From the IMG/VR virus record IMGVR_UViG_3300001580_000018, positions 54,352 to 74,351 of that record: a stretch of 20,000 bases of DNA; one strand, written 5' to 3'. The notes beneath the pieces were generated by a model. That model saw nothing but the letters and a program-made list of their open reading frames with translations, did not search any database and was not told the origin of the DNA. The stretch is from an uncultured virus (IMG/VR IMGVR_UViG_3300001580_000018) (Duplodnaviria > Heunggongvirae > Uroviricota > Caudoviricetes). Made by a program: the position numbers and the translations under genes. Shown in pieces: positions 16,658 through 20,000 of the stretch; position 1 is the stretch's first letter, and each line of letters starts with the position of its first letter.

Positions 16658-17900
16658 TTACTGGGGGTTTTGGTCTTGGTAGGTTTTTACTTTGTAAAAA
16701 TCGCTCCAGATTCCCACCGTACCAAAAAGGATGGGCCCTAAATTCAATGCCTGACGATCTAGGTTATAATCTTTGGCAAATTTTTCTACAGTATCTACAT
16801 CATTGGGTTTTTGATCGAATCGATGGTTGGGTATTTTATTACTCAGCATCTGTAGTCCGGCGACCCATTTATCGTATTCTTTTTGCAAGACATCTCGCGT
16901 CTGGAAAAACCAAATATCTTTGTGCCAGACGTTGGTACTGAGTGGTTTACCTAGTGTGAAATAAGGCCTTGTTTCGCCTGGCGATTGATCTACATATCTG
17001 CCATAGACCAATGGATCAGCATAATCGTTATAAAGCCCTCGATTGAAAGTTTTATTTTCTTTGGATGTAAGTCGTTGTATCGCCGACTTCTCTAAATTTT
17101 TCTCTAACCAATTGATCATGACATGGGCTTGCTTTTGTACTATCTTGGGCATGTCTGGTGTCCAGAAAAAATATTCTTGTATGTCCCAGTCTTGATTTTT
17201 TGCCAACCGGCCAGTGGGAGTGCCACTCATTATGTAGACATCTAAGAAACTCACGTACCATGTATCATCATCTAAGATTATGCGTGGTTTGTCTACACCA
17301 CGTATAAAAGCAGTACGCCCACGCATCAAAAAATCTTGCATCCAGGATTCTTGCCAAAAATGATTATAGCTGTAGACCTGCGGAGTCAATGACTGCCCGC
17401 AAGCATAGACCCAGTTCTCGTCCTCAAACGTGTGATATTTTACAGTATCGAGATAGAATACCGGACATTTGAGTTTGCCTGCTTTTTGTAATCGCTCTAG
17501 ATAAGGATTGGCTACCTTTTTTTGTTCTTGATTGCAAGTCCACCGATTGCTTTGATCAACACTAAAGCTGCCACTGACTACTACGCCATCTAATTTGATA
17601 TCGTTGTCAATGAAACTCCTTAATACCGCATGGCTGTCAATTCCTCCGCTGTAATAGCAGAAGGTAATCATAATTTTTTCTCAGTTGCAGGGCACGTTGT
17701 TTGTAAATGTCATAGAGATCTTCCTCTGGTTCTTTGCCCCAATCAATTAATCTATAGACATCGTTGTTGAAATTCCATCTTGGCCAATGATCTGCAGGAC
17801 AGTTCTCGAGTGCATGATATTTGTTGAGATACCGTATTCCATTGACTTCATGCCATCCCATTTTTTCTCGGCTGGTGGGCATTTGATCATTGACGAACAT
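16658..17900 (-). pseudogene. Frameshifted PP-loop (SGGxDS) adenine-nucleotide alpha-hydrolase-like gene; may be an assembly error
   Basis: ORF 17637-17900 (...QLRKNYDYLLL) and ORF 16658-17671 (YYSGGIDS...) join into one protein across a frameshift at about 17655. AAGGA RBS lies before ATG 17900. Confidence 0.7.
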
Positions 17901-17975
17901 AGTGTTCCTTTTTTTGATATGGTAGATAAATTACTGAAAGATTTTAAAAATCTTGGAGAGAATAATCCGACGAAA

Positions 17976-17983
17976 TATTTATT
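17976..17983 (-). promoter_or_regulatory. T4-like late promoter variant (AATAAATA)
   Basis: One mismatch to TATAAATA, upstream of the PP-loop gene. It sits next to the TTGACTAAA-T-TTTAGTCAA palindrome (17983-18001). Confidence 0.4.
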
Positions 17984-17999
17984 TGACTAAATTTTAGTC

Positions 18000-18026
18000 A
18001 AAAAAATAGGGGCCAGGGCCCCTATT
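18000..18026 (-). terminator. Rho-independent terminator of the tmRNA gene
   Basis: Minus strand AATAGGGGCC-CT-GGCCCCTATT followed by a T-run. Confidence 0.85.
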
Positions 18027-18316
18027 GCTATTTTGGGTAACAAGGCATAGCTGCCCCGGAGATCATGCCGCTAGGGCAAAGACCTCGTCATTAGATGCGT
18101 TAGCGTCTATTGGTTTTTCGCTGATTACGTCAGTCGACTCTCGTGCTGTCTGTTCATCTACTCTTTGCCCTGTCGAGACCATTTCATCCCCATCAAAAGC
18201 ACACCTGACGTTTCTGATGTCTCAATATGCTATCTGCATATCCAGCATGTGCTTTTGGTGGAGATGAGGGGATTCGAACCCCTGTCCAGAACACTTTTCA
18301 AATCACTTCATACAGC
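18027..18316 (-). ncRNA. ssrA: Circularly permuted (two-piece) tmRNA
   Basis: The acceptor piece (about 18316-18256) has T-arm AGGGG-TTCGAAT-CCCCT, then CATCTCC-A-CCA. A 64-nt intervening segment follows. The coding piece starts GGGGATG at 18191 and forms a 7-bp acceptor stem with G3:U70. The tag ORF 18104-18063 encodes ANASNDEVFALAA* after ATAGAC, and a pseudoknot follows it. Confidence 0.93.
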
Positions 18317-18448
18317 AATAACTTTTTCCCGACTGCCAGGGCGTGTGGGGTCTGCGGGCGACCCGGCAGCCTCTCACTGCCTCAACTTTGCCGGAACATC
18401 AGGGAGCGGTTCCGGGAGTTTACCCCTGCACAGCATACTACATGATAC

Positions 18449-18456
18449 TATTTATT
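18449..18456 (-). promoter_or_regulatory. T4-like late promoter variant (AATAAATA) upstream of the tmRNA locus
   Basis: Minus strand AATAAATA, divergent from the TATAAATA at 18502. Confidence 0.45.
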
Positions 18457-18501
18457 GTGGTACCTGTCTAGGCAGATAGGGCACTGATTATGATCGAATT
18501 T

Positions 18502-18509
18502 TATAAATA
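18502..18509 (+). promoter_or_regulatory. T4-type late promoter TATAAATA
   Basis: Exact consensus about 60 nt upstream of the GIY-YIG gene. Confidence 0.7.
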
Positions 18510-18570
18510 AAGGTGCGGATCGCGATGCTGGAACATCCACCCGCCCTAATGCTTTAGAGGAGCACCAGCA

Positions 18571-19182
18571 ATGTATTTACACTATATTATCTATCGTGTC
18601 CAACATAAGAACGGGCACTACTATATTGGACGCCACGCTACAAACGATCTCAACGATGATTATATTGGTAGCGGAACTTGGTCCAAAAGCATAAAAAATC
18701 TAAACAATGTTAGCAGAACTATTTTGGAAGTTTGCCAAAATGAACAGCACTACATTGAGCGAGAACAATACTATTTGGATCTACATTTTGGCAAGCCGGG
18801 ATGTATGAACCAAAGTAATCGTGCTACCGGTTTTCCTTGCGGCGAAGCACATCATATGAAGAAGCCAGAGAATAGACTCAAACATTCTATTCGTCAGAAG
18901 TCATTAGGCGATAAACATCATTTTAACACTCCGGAAAATCGTGAGCGTATGCGTATAAATAATCCTGGTGCATTTCCAGAGAATGCCGCTCGTGCTTCTA
19001 AACGACTATTGGAAAATAATCCAATGTATGACCCTGTAGCCTTAGCAAAGATAAGCGGAGAGAATCATTGGACAAAAAACAATGCTCACTTAAAAACCTG
19101 TGAGCATTGTGGTATTGCCAATATATCCAAATCAAACTACACTCGTTGGCACGGTTCCAAATGTAAATCTTTTACATTGTAG
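18571..19182 (+). CDS. Free-standing GIY-YIG (Seg-like) homing endonuclease
   Basis: N-terminal IIY...YYIGRH...YIGSG...ERE...MN catalytic module. NUMOD-like NP repeats and a C-terminal CxxC...H...C zinc finger. GAGGAG RBS. It is oriented opposite to its neighbours. Confidence 0.88.
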   Translation: MYLHYIIYRVQHKNGHYYIGRHATNDLNDDYIGSGTWSKSIKNLNNVSRTILEVCQNEQHYIEREQYYLDLHFGKPGCMNQSNRATGFPCGEAHHMKKPENRLKHSIRQKSLGDKHHFNTPENRERMRINNPGAFPENAARASKRLLENNPMYDPVALAKISGENHWTKNNAHLKTCEHCGIANISKSNYTRWHGSKCKSFTL

Positions 19183-19750
19183 GACCGTTTCCGTTCTTGA
19201 AACCAACAGTTCCTCCTTGTTCAACAATCTGCTTTAGAACTTCTTCGAACAAGATAGGGCGATAATCAGTATGTTCAACTGATGCGCACCAATACCGCGG
19301 ATCGATCTCATTACCACCACGACCATTGGGTCTTGTGACACGACGATAATGAAGGTGACCATGAACATTACATCCAAACCTACCGAGGCTCTCTTCGTGT
19401 ATGGGAATGTGACTTAAAATAAGTCCGTTCATCACATGATAACCACGGATGTCTCGGAAGTGAGGAGTGTAATCCTCGAGCTTGAAGATATCGTGGTTGC
19501 CCTTGATGAGAACTTTGTCACCATTAAGGCGCCTCATGATGCCAAGAGCTTTACGGTTTATGACCACATCACCCAAGACGTACACCTTGTCCCCAGGACG
19601 CACTGTATCGTTCCAACGACGGACCATGTCCTCGTCCATTTCTTCCGCAGAGTCGTATGGACGAAGTTTAGAGCCATCATCTCGAGTGAAGCGGCAGACT
19701 CCCTGGTGTCCAAAATGCGGATCTGCGGTTAAAAATACGCTAGGCATCAT
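19172..19750 (-). CDS. Calcineurin-like metallophosphoesterase
   Basis: DPHFGH, LGD, GNHD, SHIP and HGHLH motifs. AAGGAGG RBS. Confidence 0.93.
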   Translation of the reverse strand: MMPSVFLTADPHFGHQGVCRFTRDDGSKLRPYDSAEEMDEDMVRRWNDTVRPGDKVYVLGDVVINRKALGIMRRLNGDKVLIKGNHDIFKLEDYTPHFRDIRGYHVMNGLILSHIPIHEESLGRFGCNVHGHLHYRRVTRPNGRGGNEIDPRYWCASVEHTDYRPILFEEVLKQIVEQGGTVGFKNGNGPTM

Positions 19751-19775
19751 GCCCTCCTTTCTGATTTAATCTACT

Positions 19776-19805
19776 ATTATACCAGAAAAAGACATTTCTG
19801 GTCAG
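19776..19805 (-). promoter_or_regulatory. Sigma70-type promoter for the phosphoesterase
   Basis: Minus strand CTGACC, 18 nt, TATAAT with TG extension. It has the same TGACCA(G/A) context as the other early promoters. Confidence 0.55.
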
Positions 19806-19960
19806 CGACCACGACCTGTGACTTTTTTCTGGGGTTTGTTGGCTACTACAGGGCCTTTGGCAGGTTTGGCTTTTTCTTGTGCTTCGCCCGACTTGGCATC
19901 TGGATGTTGTGCAGCATGCTTCTTGGCCAGTGCCTTTTTGATTTGGTCTGCGAATGACAT
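19802..19960 (-). CDS. Small Lys/Ala-rich basic protein (52 aa, MSFADQIKKALAKKHAA...KKVTGRGR; not in the ORF track)
   Basis: AAGGAG RBS, ATG at 19960, TGA at 19802-19804. Confidence 0.75.
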   Translation of the reverse strand: MSFADQIKKALAKKHAAQHPDAKSGEAQEKAKPAKGPVVANKPQKKVTGRGR

Positions 19961-20000
19961 ATGATCTCCTTGATAGCATGGCAGCGAGTGACTGGGAGTT

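Noticed and set aside
4..16941. Many 60-180 aa ORFs nested in or antisense to the long genes (e.g. 343-855, 11904-12350, 15793-16335, 16501-16941)
   Set aside because: These are shadow ORFs of well-supported genes with no independent signals.
18256..18290. attL/attR remnant from integration at a tRNA/tmRNA 3' end
   Set aside because: There is no integrase or second copy in the window, and the segment is fully explained as part of an intact permuted tmRNA.
18256..18330. Stand-alone tRNA gene suggested by the GGTTCGAATCC T-loop and CCA
   Set aside because: There is no D-arm, anticodon arm or upstream acceptor strand. The pairing strand lies downstream at 18191-18185, so this is the permuted tmRNA acceptor piece.
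17787..18479. Plus-strand ORFs 17787-17990, 18025-18267, 18165-18479 and 18227-18445
   Set aside because: They are antisense to the tmRNA or PP-loop gene, with no convincing RBS or recognisable motifs.
18511..18570. HDV-like/theta ribozyme in the endonuclease leader
   Set aside because: The helix order is loosely similar, but there is no J4/2 strand with a catalytic C and no convincing P3/P1.1.
19740..19979. 79-aa minus-strand ORF from the track
   Set aside because: It runs through the phosphoesterase promoter. The alternative frame 19802-19960 has a strong RBS and is the better call.
1..20000. Stop-codon reassignment, CRISPR array or introns
   Set aside because: Genes are full length and tightly packed under the standard code, and TAA, TAG and TGA are all used as stops. 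I saw no repeat-spacer array. The only interruption is a 1-2 nt frameshift.

Overview
This looks like a gene-dense segment of a large, probably T4-like, tailed dsDNA phage. The evidence is tightly overlapping ORFs, repeated sigma70-type promoters, TATAAATA-type late promoters, thyX and a free-standing GIY-YIG endonuclease. The left part (1-11.2 kb) is a modification or biosynthesis cluster. It holds three tandem twitch-domain radical SAM genes, an unknown His/Glu-rich protein, an uncalled 33-aa peptide, a NodU/CmcH carbamoyltransferase, two glycosyltransferase-like proteins, a DegT aminotransferase and an NAD-dependent epimerase. The middle part (11.2-16.6 kb, minus strand) has thyX, hypothetical genes and an AAA+ ATPase with a HExxH-VWA partner. 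The right part has a frameshifted PP-loop gene, a circularly permuted two-piece tmRNA (tag ANASNDEVFALAA), an unexplained structured RNA just upstream of it, the GIY-YIG gene with a possible pseudoknotted leader, and a metallophosphoesterase. All calls come from reading motifs by eye; no searches or folding programs were run.
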